NCBI GenBank assembly: GCA_964016885.1
Contig: OZ024742.1
Coordinates: forward strand, 214,148,001-214,212,000
From: Eledone cirrhosa
Taxonomy: Eukaryota
Direction: 5' to 3'
DNA length: 64,000 bases
The notes below the pieces were generated by a model. That model did no database searches. It worked only from the letters and a program-made list of their open reading frames with translations, and had not been told where the DNA came from. The position numbers and the translations under genes were made by a program. Shown one piece after another: positions 46,852 to 59,160 of the stretch (its first letter is position 1; each line of letters begins with the position of its first letter).

Positions 46852-47672
46852 ATATATATATATATGGATATATATCTTTATTATCTATTTTTTATATATA
46901 TGTGTATGTGTGTATGTGTTGCGCGTGTGTGTGTGTATATATATATCCTTTTATATGTGTATGTGTATGTTCGTGTAAGTGTATGTGTGTGTATGACTGT
47001 ATATGTATGTGTGTATGTGTGTATGCGTAAATATCTCTATGTGCGCGTACATGTATGTATGTGTATATATATCTGTATGTGTATGTACATTATATTATAT
47101 TTATTATATTTTATTGTTTTTATTTTTTTATTTTTCTTAATTTATAGATACATTTATATTAGGCAGTCTGCTCAGACAATTGAATACTGACCCCTTCCCC
47201 CCCCCTCCCACCAAATTTCTGTATCTTGATCTTGAAATGTGTGTGCCAGTGTTTTATGTGAGTGACTTAATTTCTATGTGCTTATGATTTTATATCCACA
47301 TATATAAATGTGAGTGGGGGAGTGTGTGTGTTTGTATGTTCGTGGTTATGTGTATATTTATGCATATACGCGCATGTATGTGTGTTTATACTGATATGTG
47401 TGAGTATGAAAAAATATATTTATATGCTTGACTCCATAAGTATCAATGCGCATCTTATCAGCGCATTAAGCTTACAGAGATATTAACCTTGAAATTTTGT
47501 GTTTGCATCCATCTTTTTAGTATGCGCATACAAATTATACACACATTATTGTAAAATATGTGTAAGGATTTTACATGTATATACACACACCGAACTGCTT
47601 TTAACCCTTTGTGTTTTCATTGGTCAATTTTAAACTGATATTTTGAATTGTTGTTATTATCAATAAATATAC

Positions 47673-47827
47673 TTCATTATTTCTGAAGACGGCGTATATA
47701 TGTGTTAGGTATGTATATTTAATCTTGATAATTTGTATAATTTTGTATAATTTTGTACATAGATCTGTTGAATATGCATACCAATTATAACACATATATA
47801 CCCTAGAAACGATCGTTAAATAGTGAA
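47673..47827 (+). ncRNA. Type I hammerhead with long stem II
   Basis: TTCATTATTT-CTGAAGA-..GTATATATGTGTTA...TAACACATATATAC..-GAAA-CGATCG-TT^AAATAGTGAA. Confidence 0.7.
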
Positions 47828-47872
47828 CTTTTTTTGTTTAATATAAGGAATTGTTTGTTCATTATTTGTTTA

Positions 47873-47957
<85 letters not shown>

Positions 47958-48030
47958 GAAAATTAGAGTTAAAACTCCAATTGAAACACTGTAACTATTA
48001 AGCTCCAAGTATAAAATACTGAGCCGTATA

Positions 48031-48134
48031 ATAATATATATGCAGTAAGAAACACAGTAAACCGTGTGTCTAATATTACAAGGGTTGAATATTAGACACA
48101 AGGTTTACTGTGTTTCTTACTGCATATATATTAT
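48031..48134. repeat. 47-bp-arm hairpin with 10-nt loop
   Basis: 48031-48077 is the reverse complement of 48088-48134 with one mismatch. Confidence 0.9.
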
Positions 48135-48331
48135 ATATATATATATTATACTTTGGGAGGGTCATATTGTTGTAATAATATTGCCAGAAATAATAACAGA
48201 ACACACTCACTGTTTGGTTGGTTTTCGCTTCTGTATCTTTTATATCTCCATAGTTAATTTATTTGGCAATCGGTGTTTATCCTTGATTGACCAACGGTTA
48301 AAAATGCTGATATAAATACATATATATAGTC

Positions 48332-48375
48332 TATCAAAGTTCTTTCGTTGCACATCTGCAACATCATCAGTGGTA
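48332..48375 (-). ncRNA. Minimal hammerhead related to family A
   Basis: Minus strand TACCA-CTGATGA-T-GTTGCA-GATG-TGCAAC-GAAA-GAAC-TT^TGATA. Confidence 0.65.
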
Positions 48376-49173
48376 CGGTACTATTATCATGTTCCCTCCT
48401 ACTGTATTTTACTATTTACGCCATTTTTATTTAATTTTATTTATAACAATATTTCACACGGTTTCATATAATTGCAAAGCCAATATATATATATATATTT
48501 ATATATATATATATATATGTATCCAAAATTAAATTAAGGGTCATGTCCGAGACATGCGCCATATCCATCGTTTGAAGTTCTAGTTAAACTTTAGTTACCT
48601 ACCTAGCTGTTCTTACACACTTTACAAATTATCCCCTCTGATTGTCTCATGTGTTTATTTTAAATATATATATATGTCAATCAATTTCTAGTTGATATAT
48701 ATATATATATACATTTATGTCTAATGTTTCTTCTTTCTTTATAATGTATTATATAGCTCTAATATTGAGTCAATCTAATTCATTCAGATTATTTTGTCCC
48801 TATTAATCATAGAGCAACAACGGTTAGGTTGGCAGCACACAAATTCAGGGATATATGTGTGTATATGAATGTATATGTATGTATTCGCATGTATATGCGT
48901 ATTTCTTTTATTGTCTATAACTCGCTGCGGTAGAGTAACCACAGAAGAATAGTGACTTCTGTCAAGCTTACACTATTTATACTTCTAGCCTTCCTTAGCC
49001 ACCTCGTCTGTAGCCTAGATATTAATACCTCCTCCGTCATTTGTGGTATTTTTCTCTTGTTGTAAGAGGTTTAACTCTCTTTCTTGACCGCTGTATCACG
49101 TGATAAGTTCCCCCCTCCGCCTTTCCGGGATTCTCTCTCACGCCTTGCGGACGTGTTTTGAAACTTTAAATGA

Positions 49174-49273
49174 GGTATTCTCTTGATAAGCTGGCAAACC
49201 TCACAAAGATACTGCATCTCTATGATGTAATGTTTTTGCATAGTTGCCACGAAACTGCGTAGTCGAGGATGTC
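49174..49273 (+). ncRNA. Type I hammerhead, U3-A8 core variant
   Basis: GGTATTCTC-TTGATAA-G(C)TGGCAA...TTGCCA-C-GAAA-CTGCGTAG-TC^GAGGATGTC. Confidence 0.75.
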
Positions 49274-49364
49274 GAAGAATATTGGGTATATATATATTTT
49301 TTATTTTTTTACTTATGTCTAACCTAATGTTTCTTATTTCTTTATAATGTATTATATATATATA

Positions 49365-50235
49365 TATCGTAGTGGACTATTGTATGCGCCTTGTACTGGA
49401 GAAACACCAGGACTCTGGCTTTACTGTAGCACCGGCTCAGAGCAGGAGAGTTAGGGCGAAAAAGGTATCGGATGCTGAATTTGCCGACGACAGAGTTTTG
49501 GTGACAAATACAGTGAAGGAGGCAGAGCATTTGATGCGTGAGGTTGAGACTGTGTCGATGAGTGTGGGGCTGAGAATGAATGAGACTAAAACAAAATATC
49601 TGGTAGAGAATGTTGAGAAGCCAGAGGGGATCACTAATGTAGGCGGGAGGCCGCTGGAATTGGTTGAGGACTTCCTGTATTTGGGAGCAAAGATTGGGAA
49701 TACGGAAGATGATGTGGTTGAGAGGAAGAGGAAGGCCTGGGCGGCGTGCCACAGCTTGAGATCGGTGTGGAAGTCGGACCTTCGTAGAGACCTGAAAATC
49801 CGCCTCTTCATTGCTGTAGTGGAGTCTGTGCTGCTGTATGGGTCTGAGACTTGGACACTGACCAAGAAACTCACTCAGATCGTGGATGGGTGCTACACGA
49901 GAATGCTGAGGATGGCTCTGAACATTAATCAGTATACACTGAGGATGAAAAACTCAGAGCTGTATGGGAGCATCCCAAAAGTCAGCTCAAAAGTGACACA
50001 GAGGAGAGTGAGGTTGGCTGGACATGCTCACCGACATCCAGAGTTGACATTGCACTCAGTGCTCCTGTGGGAGACCCTACATGGACACACTAGAAGAGGA
50101 AGACCAAGGTTAACGTATGTTGATGCCCTAAGGACAGACACTGGTCTGTTGGAGATGCAGGACATGGCAGTGATAATGAGGGACAGAGACCGCTGGAGAG
50201 AACTCGTCCATGGATCTCGGGAATTTTACCCGCCT
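49365..50235 (+). mobile_element. 5'-truncated RTE-like LINE (RT C-terminal ORF)
   Basis: ORF 49372-50313 has EFADD, GLRMNETKTK, DFLYLG, VLLYGSETWTL, RLAGH, GRPRLTY; flanked by (TA)n. Confidence 0.9.
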
Positions 50236-50269
<34 letters not shown>

Positions 50270-50320
50270 GAATAAGGAAAAGCGAAGTAGTTTCAGATGT
50301 TCAAGTCCTTTAATAATAAT

Positions 50321-50402
50321 GCTGTGATATTGTGATATATATTTCAATGGCGACACTGGCCACACTGTTCTGTGTGCGAGTGTCGTGACATCATCAGACA
50401 GC
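50321..50402 (-). ncRNA. Type I hammerhead
   Basis: Minus strand GCTGT-CTGATGA-..CGACACT..CACAC..GTGTG..AGTGTCG..-GAAA-TAT..ATA-TC^ACAGC. Confidence 0.75.
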
Positions 50403-50884
50403 TTGTTACATAATAAGGTTATGTTTCCGAGGCAATCCAAATTGAATCGACATGGGAACGGATGAAATGCGTGCTGTTGGGTTTCTCACCCGTTCCCCTG
50501 TGAGTACCAATTCACCCCCACCGGTCTGTGCGTGCGCACGTCCGAAGGAAGTTGACCATGAGCTACCGCAGATTTCAACGAAATTCGATTAGTCAGATCA
50601 CCCTCTCTGTCACACAATGGCCCGTACCATAGTTTACTGCTACCCATGTCGACTGTGGTAGTCAGTCGAAAGCCAGAGGGGATGGGAGAGTGTTAGTTTT
50701 TACAGGTCAGAATACTACCTCTTACCTACCGTGGACAGTACGACTGACCATCAACTCAAAGGGAAAATAAACTTAATTCTAGGTATCATGGTTTTACATT
50801 GTAAGTTAAGAGTGAGAGTTGGAAATAAAAATTAAAGTCCTAAATAAAGTATCAGAAATTATAAATTAAACAATTAAAAAATTA

Positions 50885-52712
50885 CCTAGACACTTATGAC
50901 CTTAGCAACCTGTGCCCTACAAGACCAGCAAGAGGCAGACCACCTACCATTACCTCAATTGCCAAGAAAACCCACACAGATAGATGGAACGGGTGGACCA
51001 GAGCCATACGGACACCCGAAAACCACGATGAACTGAAGAAAATGATTGCACATGCGGTAGGGGCCAGCATAAAATTAACCCTTAAGGAACATATGTTCAA
51101 ATTTAATGGTAAAACATATGACCAAGAGGAAGGAGCAGCCATTGGTGTTAGCATTGCAGGCGACATAGCTAACTTATTCATGGTATGGTGGGACAGTAGA
51201 CTTAAACAAAAACTTAATGAACAATTAGAAGACAGCTTAACCCAAAAACAAATCCTCCATTCCCATTATGCCAAACCCATGACTTCCAAACATCTGATCC
51301 ACCGAAACTCGGCCATTTCGGACCATACCAAAATCATACTGATTGCGGATTTGGTACGGGTGATGAGAAATGTGTCCCGCATGTGCAACCCCGAAGAACT
51401 AGAGAGACACATACAACACTTCATCTACCGTATGCAGTTCTCTGGCTACAATCAGAGAGATAGAATCAGAGTGTATAAAGGAGCCAGAACCAAATGGGAA
51501 AAAATGGTAAATAATGACATAAATGGGACCTGCCCCTTGTATAGGAGCAAAATTTGGAATAGAATAGAAAGAACTAGGAACAAGGCCAATAAAATAAACT
51601 CATGGTATGATAGCAATAAATACCAGAGTGTAATGTTCATCAATACAACCCCTAGAGGCGAACTAGCCTACAAATTTAGAAGGGCCCTAAATAAACATAA
51701 TCTCAATATTAAGATAGTAGAAAGACCTGGTACCTCCGTAAAAACACTTATTAGCAAGACATACCCGTTCCAAAGACCCTCATGTATAGATAAGAAATGT
51801 ATAACCTGTAAAATAAGCCCCCATATTAACTGTAAAACTAGAAATGTAGTGTATAGCATAAGATGTACTGAAGGACAATGTAGAAACAAAAATATAGTGT
51901 ACATAGGTGAGACATCTCGTAGTATAGTGGAACGAATAAATGAACACTGGCGAGACCTCCAAGATAATAAAGAATCATCTGTGCTCTACCAACATGCTAA
52001 GATAGAATACAGGGGTAGATTAGAGAGCATAGAAAAAAAAAATAGAATCCACGCACAGAAAAGACGCAATGTTTAGGCAAATTACAGAGGCAGTAAGCAT
52101 AAAAGAATTAAAACCAAAATTAAATAGAAAATATGAGTGGAACAGCAACATCACAACTTACAATTAAGGACAAAATGAAAACACACACACACATAGAACA
52201 AACAACTTACAATTGAAAACACACACAAAATGAAAACACACACAGGACAAAATGTAAACACACACACACATAGAACAAACAACCAACCAACAATAAATAA
52301 ATAAACAAATAGAAAAATGAACACAAACACACACAGACACCCGGATGTGGCACATGCGCAAACTGAGCACACAACACACACACAGAAACAAAATGGCGTA
52401 GGATAGAAGAAAGAAAAGGCACAGAAACGAAGAAAGGAATCCCCAGTCACTGAAGAGGTCACAGAGTGTGTGACGAAAGGACTATGACTATATATATAAA
52501 CAACTATCTGGTTGTGGAACCAACCAACCAACCATAAATTTATAAGTTTGTAGATTTGTAAATTTATAAATTTATAAATATATAATAAATTGAAGTGAAA
52601 GCAACTGGAGCGTGTGTTTCTTATTGGCAACATGACCCTCCCAAAGTATAACAATATCGGTTTCAACACACGATTTCAGATAAAGAACCTTGCTAAACAA
52701 ATTCAGAAACGA
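50885..52712 (+). mobile_element. PLE family A copy with 13-bp target-site duplication
   Basis: ORF 51042-52076 (RT with internal deletion; CITC, NVVY..YIGETSR GIY-YIG); TSD AATTAAAAAATTA at 50872-50884 and 52713-52725. Confidence 0.92.
52445..52489 (+). ncRNA. Minimal hammerhead in family A pLTR
   Basis: AGTCA-CTGAAGA-G-GTCACA-GAGTG-TGTGAC-GAAA-GGAC-TA^TGACT. Confidence 0.7.
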
Positions 52713-53304
52713 AATTAAAAAATTAACAATTAGAAATTAAAAGTTAGAAATTTTTTTCCAAGTGAGCATTCGGATTGAGGTGAGTAAAAAAATATAGATT
52801 GAAGTGAGTAAATAATATGGAGAGAGATGTTTAAGGAAGAAGTTCTTAGAGGGGTTCTAGTGTCACAGTTACTCTATCCACATATTGAACGACAGTGCCG
52901 TACATTAGAACGGAGGGTAAGCTACAGCATTCAAGGCATTAGTCAATCTGGTACACAGTTATAATTTCCATCACATGGAACAATACCAAAGAAAAACAGA
53001 CATAGAAGAAAAAATGCAAAAACACAGAGTACATATATGCAAAATGATCCATATGATTGTCAATCTGTCCATGTATAGATTGAATTGAGGGGGCTTCTGT
53101 TCAAATGCGATTTGTGCAGGGAAATAGGGGTTTATCTTATTTTTTGTTTCCGTGTATTTATCCTGCCGAAAATTACTATTATGTCCGTCCAGTTTCAGGG
53201 GTTTCCATCCCCATGGTAGAGGGCATTTCCGGGACAGCTCATGGTTGGTTCCACTCTTCTCCACCATATCCTAGACCGCATGATACCAAAAGTCTAGCAA
53301 CACG

Positions 53305-56187
53305 CCCGACTTAGCCTATGGATGAACACCCAGGAAGTTATCTCATGGTTCAGCAATATGGAGGATAAACGAGACACTAAATTTATGAAGTTCGACATAG
53401 AGAGCTACTATGCTTCAATCACCTTACCGCTACTTACTGCCGCCTTGGACTTCGCCGAAGCACTTGTGCCCATCACCGACCAGGAAAGAAAAATCATCCT
53501 CCACGCCAGGAAGACAGTCTTACTCTTTGACAACTCCAAATGGATAAAAAGAGCTCCCGACTCACCCTTCGACGTCAGCATGGGCGCTACGGATTCGGCG
53601 GAGGTCACAGATCTTATAGGATTATTCCTAAAAACCAAACTCACCAATATGTTTCCGGCTTTCGGTGGTGGATTGTACCGCGATGATGGGCTCCTTACCC
53701 TTAAAGGGTACAACCTCAGTAGTACAGATCGGGTCCGTAAATAATTAATCAGCTTCTTCCGCGACTGGGGATTTAACATAACCCTACAAACGTCCCTGAC
53801 CCGAGTTAATTTCCTGGACGTTACCCTTGATCTCAATAATGACCTGTACTACCCATACAGGAAACCCAATGACAACCTGCACTACATCCACCGCCGATCT
53901 AACCACCATAGGAACATCACCAACAACCTGGTCAAAAACATCTCCCTCCGCATATCCCGTTTGTCAGCTAATGAGAAGATATTCGATGAACATGCGCCTT
54001 ACTACAACCAGGCCCTCAAGCGGAGTGGTTTCCGGGAGGAAATATCCTACTGTCCAGCTCCCATTAGCGGAACCAGCAGGCGACACCGCCGCTCACGCAA
54101 TGTAACATGGTTCAATCCTCCCCACAACGCCGAGGTGACAACTCCCATCGGGAAAATTTTCTTTAGGCTCATTGAAAAACACTTCCCACCACAACACCGC
54201 TACCACAACATAATTAACAAAAATACCATCAAACTCTCTTACAGCACTACACCTAACTTCGCACAAAACATGGTCTCCTCCAACAACAAAAAACTCAACC
54301 CCGATGGAAGAAACATCCTAAATAGCAGTGGAGAGCCGACCAGGAGGTGCAACTGTCCCGATAGATCCAGTTGCCCCCTCGACAACAGATGCAGAGACCG
54401 TAATGTGATCTACCAGTGCAACGTGAGCACGGACACCTCCAACAAAGCTTATATAGGATTAACCGCATGTGACTTCAAGACCCGGCTATGCCAACACAGA
54501 CATACCTTCCGAAACCCGGCCCGACGTCACGCCACTACACTTTCGGGCCACATATGGGACCTCAAGGACAACAACATCAACTATGATCTCACTTGGAAAT
54601 TACTGTCCAGAGCCAACTCTTACACGGGAGGACGCCGTCCGTGCAATTTATGCTCGGAGGAAACTTTACAAATGCTGTTTTCGACGGACCAACTCCCAAA
54701 CAAGAAAGATGAACTGGTTACTGCATGTAAACACCGATTACGTAGGACTTACCTCGCCCTCACACCCCATAATGACCCGGGGGGGGGTTAGACTAGGGCT
54801 ATAACACCCCACTTGCCTATTTTGTAATGGGTAACCCCTGCTTGCCAATGGAGACGTAAGATCTTCTTTTACATTCTTTTATCGCTTCCTCTACATTTCC
54901 TCCTTCCCCCCATCCCTCCCTAGTCCTTCTACCCCAGTTCCTTTTCTTTGTCGTCGTTTTTTTCTCGCCCACCCGAGGTAGCCCCTCGGTCCCTTGTAGC
55001 TTCAGCACCCCACGCCCTCCCCTATTCTATGATAGATTTGGCTGACTCCGCTTTTTATAGCAGAGGTGTTAGACTTCGGATACTTGCCCTCTTCTCCGAC
55101 CGCTGTCCCTTTTTTCCGTACCTTCTATATTTCTTAGTGGCATCTTTGCTTTAATTTCTCGTTTATCCAGTATTTCTTTCTTCTTTTTCCCTTTTTGGGG
55201 GGTGGGGGTGAGGGTGGGGTGGGGTGGGCGGGTGGTGGTGTTTCTGTATTAATTTTCCGTTCTTTACTTTTACTTCGTACGATCTTTCATGTAGCTTGTA
55301 TAAGACTTTTTGTTTCGTGGCGGTACCCTTAGAGTTAGCACTAGTATTTTTTTGCGGGACCCTGAATTATATTCTCGTACTAGTTTACTTTCTTGCACTG
55401 GGTGGTTGCTGGCCCTGTGATTGGGGTAGACACCTTTATTATTTCGTGGTAGTCTCTTTAGTATTTTGCCCCCCCCCCCTTGTTGACCCGTCACTGTACG
55501 ATACACGCACTTATACCTCGTATAAGGGTCCCTTTATTTACGTCTCACCTAGTTTATTTTTATTATTATTATTTATTTTTTTATTCTTCATTATACATAT
55601 TTTTTTTTAAATTTATTTATCTATTCTTTTATTCACTTATTTGTTTATTTATTTATTTATGTATTTCTTTAGCCGAGCAATAGCGAGAGACTTAAGTCTT
55701 AGTAACCAGACTTTGCTTATTTTTTTTTTCTCTCTCAGTACTTTTTATAGTTTTACCCTTCATTGTTCTACTTATCGTTTCGACTTCCTCCCCCTCCCCC
55801 TCCACAGTATCCTCTTTGACCTCACGCCCAGCTGTAGCCGGCACTACCAACGCATGAATGGGTCTACTCCACCCCTCTCCCTTTTTCTCCTACCGGCAGG
55901 TTTAGCTACCCCTTCCCCCACCAATTTGCCATCACAGATTTACTACTAACTTGTGATGTGACCAATCCTGGAGATTATCTCTTTGACCATATATGGAATT
56001 ACCCCTTGATAAGCTCGGCTATTTAAATACCAGAATAAATTTTCATTCTGTCCAGAATTAGCCGTCGAAACGGCTTGAGCTCAGCCGTCGGGGTCTTACT
56101 TGTTCCTATTACCCACTCTACTACCCTAAGTATTGAGTACTTTGGTGCGTTATGGTCCACCTGGTTCCTTACCACATTTCCTTCGTT
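53305..56187 (+). mobile_element. PLE family B, 5'-truncated; RT-GIY-YIG frame with a single nonsense codon, long 3' UTR and HHR
   Basis: ORFs 53322-53744 (FDIESYY, FDVSMG, LYRDDGL) and 53961-54791 (CNC..CPL..C, NVIY..YIG) share a frame; the interval translates openly (NFLDVTLDL...SNHH) apart from TAA at 53742-53744. Confidence 0.92.
56001..56094 (+). ncRNA. Type I hammerhead, U3-A8 core variant
   Basis: ACCCC-TTGATAA-G(CT)CGGCTA...TAGCCGTC-GAAA-CGGCT-TGAGCTC-AGCCG-TC^GGGGT. Confidence 0.75.
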
Positions 56188-56285
56188 ATATATATATATA
56201 TATATATATATATCTATACGTACATACATATATGTATCCATACATATATGTATACAGACGTACAGTAGTATGTATATATATATAC

Positions 56286-56389
<104 letters not shown>

Positions 56390-56516
56390 GTACGTATGGA
56401 TTAACCGAACATTTATTATAATGCTCGGTGTGTTTGTAAACAAACATCCCGAATTAACCCGTACAGTGTCTAGCAACCATATACAGGTATATATATATAT
56501 ATATATACCGGTATTA

Positions 56517-56601
<85 letters not shown>

Positions 56602-56697
56602 AAATAGGTTATTGTAAGATACCAGTTGAACCATAACGTACCAGACTACTGTCGAAGCGGCCGGAGCTCAACCGTCGGTGTCCTGACTGTTTTCATA

Positions 56698-56789
<92 letters not shown>

Positions 56790-56802
56790 CATATATATAT
56801 AT

Positions 56803-57081
56803 ACAATATATTAATAAATGGAAACTATATTTATAAAACCATAATTATTTTATTATATATATTTCAAGGGCAACCAAGGGAAATTATGGTGCGCTTTCAT
56901 CAACGAACCTCAACCGTTGTCAAAAGGTTGTCTTTATGTGGGTATATCAATATTTATAAAATAAATTTGTATTTTATCTGATGAAACCGCACCATACCAT
57001 AATTTGCCTTGGTTGCCCTTGAAATATATATAATAAAATAATTATAGTTTATAAATATAGTTTCCATTTATTAATATATTG

Positions 57082-57083
<2 letters not shown>
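56803..57083. mobile_element. Palindromic non-coding element (family C) with HHR at 56971-57039 (+)
   Basis: Arms ~56803-56902 and ~56979-57083; ATTTTAT-CTGATGA...GAAA-TATATA-TA^ATAAAAT; flanked by (TA)n. Confidence 0.8.
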
Positions 57084-57150
<67 letters not shown>

Positions 57151-57153
<3 letters not shown>

Positions 57154-58959
57154 TTAATTTTATTGCTCATATTTTGTCGATTCTATTGAGTGATGAATAG
57201 CTTTTGTTTTATTTTAACATGTCTATTGAGCACTCTAATTCGATATGTGTATTTCCACATTCACTCGAATTATTTTCGCGGATATAGGGGTCATCTCCCT
57301 TGTCTAATGCCATGTGCGTTTTTCACCGCTAGTTGACTCCTTTGCCGCCAGGATAAAACTCGTTGACAACGTAAACTCCATTCCACTTATTCTAGTAGGC
57401 TTTTATATTTATATGTGAGCTGATAGAGTACTGTCTAAGGATTTACAGAAACCCATGAAGCTAGATTTAACACCTTTCTAGTGGGTCCGGGTATGATTTT
57501 ACATTCATTTAAATTATTGACGTATTGTTTTATTGATATTTTTTATCTGTTTGGCCCGAATCTTCCTTTATCGATTTTAAATCGTATGGTTGATTGTAGA
57601 CTTGTTCTATATGTGACGGTATTTTAACGATAGTTATAGCTCTGATTCATCTGAATTATTGAGCCCTCTGCCGCTCATATCGGATTTCGTTTTTCGTTAA
57701 CTCGTGCGCCGATTTTTCGATACTCGATCTTTCTAATATATTTAGCTCTGGACTTAGCTATCCACCAGTTAATTTTATTGCTCATATTTTGTCGATTCTA
57801 TTGAGTGATGAATAGCTTTTGTTTTATTTTAACATGTCTATTGAGCACTCTAATTCGATATGTGTATTTCCACATTCACTCGAATTATTTTCGCGGATAT
57901 AGGGGTCATCTCCCTTGTCTAATGCCATGTGCGTTTTTCACCGCTAGTTGACTCCTTTGCCGCCAGGATAAAACTCGTTGACAACGTAAACTCCATTCCA
58001 CTTATTCTAGTAGGCTTTTATATTTATATGTGAGCTGATAGAGTACTGTCTAAGGATTTACAGAAACCCATGAAGCTAGATTTAACACCTTTCTAGTGGG
58101 TCCGGGTATGATTTTACATTCATTTAAATTATTGACGTATTGTTTTATTGATATTTTTTATCTGTTTGGCCCGAATCTTCCTTTATCGATTTTAAATCGT
58201 ATGGTTGATTGTAGACTTGTTCTATATGTGACGGTATTTTAACGATAGTTATAGCTCTGATTCATCTGAATTATTGAGCCCTCTGCCGCTCATATCGGAT
58301 TTCGTTTTTCGTTAACTCGTGCGCCGATTTTTCGATACTCGATCTTTCTAATATATTTAGCTCTGGACTTAGCTATCCACCAGTTAATTTTATTGCTCAT
58401 ATTTTGTCGATTCTATTGAGTGATGAATAGCTTTTGTTTTATTTTAACATGTCTATTGAGCACTCTAATTCGATATGTGTATTTCCACATTCACTCGAAT
58501 TATTTTCGCGGATATAGGGGTCATCTCCCTTGTCTAATGCCATGTGCGTTTTTCACCGCTAGTTGACTCCTTTGCCGCCAGGATAAAACTCGTTGACAAC
58601 GTAAACTCCATTCCACTTATTCTAGTAGGCTTTTATATTTATATGTGAGCTGATAGAGTACTGTCTAAGGATTTACAGAAACCCATGAAGCTAGATTTAA
58701 CACCTTTCTAGTGGGTCCGGATATGATTTTACATTCATTTAAATTATTGACGTATTGTTTTATTGATATTTTTTATCTGTTTGGCCCGAATCTTCCTTTA
58801 TCGATTTTAAATCGTATGGTTGATTGTAGACTTGTTCTATATGTGACGGTATTTTAACGATAGTTATAGCTCTGATTCATCTGAATTATTGAGCCCTCTG
58901 CCGCTCATATCGGATTTCGTTTTTCGTTAACTCGTGCGCCGATTTTTCGATACTCGATC

Positions 58960-58968
<9 letters not shown>
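57151..58968 (+). repeat. Tandem array, 615-bp unit x ~2.96, one U3-A8 hammerhead per unit
   Basis: Units start at 57151, 57766 and 58381 and are near-identical; (TA)n on both sides. Confidence 0.95.
57358..57492 (+). ncRNA. Type I hammerhead, U3-A8 core, long stems II and III (also 57973-58107 and 58588-58722)
   Basis: ACTCG-TTGACAA-C-GTAAA(C)TCC...GGATTTAC-A-GAAA-CCCA..CTAGA..TCTAG-TGGG-TC^CGGGT. Confidence 0.7.
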
Positions 58969-58999
<31 letters not shown>

Positions 59000-59000
<1 letters not shown>

Positions 59001-59160
59001 CATATATATGAAAACAGTCAGGACACCGACGGTTGAGCTCCGGCCGCTTCGACAGCTATATCCGTGTAGTCTGGTATGTCATGGTTCAGACTACACGGAT
59101 ATAGCTGTCGAACCGGCCGGAGCTCAACCGTCGGTGTCCTGACTGTTTTCATATATATGT
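59000..59160. repeat. 74-bp-arm fold-back of an HHR-tail element (family D)
   Basis: 59000-59073 / 59087-59160 with a 13-nt loop; related to 56640-56700 and to the 3' half of the 56001 HHR. Confidence 0.9.

Larger units (their letters stand above)
43201..47881. repeat. 1.4-kb near-perfect inverted repeat (43201-44598 / 46483-47881) with 1.9-kb spacer
   Basis: Identical ORF translations on opposite strands (43891-44574 vs 46507-47190; 43287-43481 vs 47601-47795). Confidence 0.95.

Noticed and set aside
43891-47190. Long YI/CV-rich ORFs here and throughout the window
   Set aside because: Translations of (TA)n/(TG)n/(CA)n microsatellites, not genes.
53742-53744. Recoded stop (selenocysteine, as in some Naiad PLEs)
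   Set aside because: The codon is TAA, not TGA, and the endonuclease is C-terminal; a simple nonsense mutation is more likely.
57419-57460. CTGATAGA as the hammerhead core of the 615-bp unit
   Set aside because: Wrong spacing and no stem I partner; TTGACAA at 57363 gives a complete fold.
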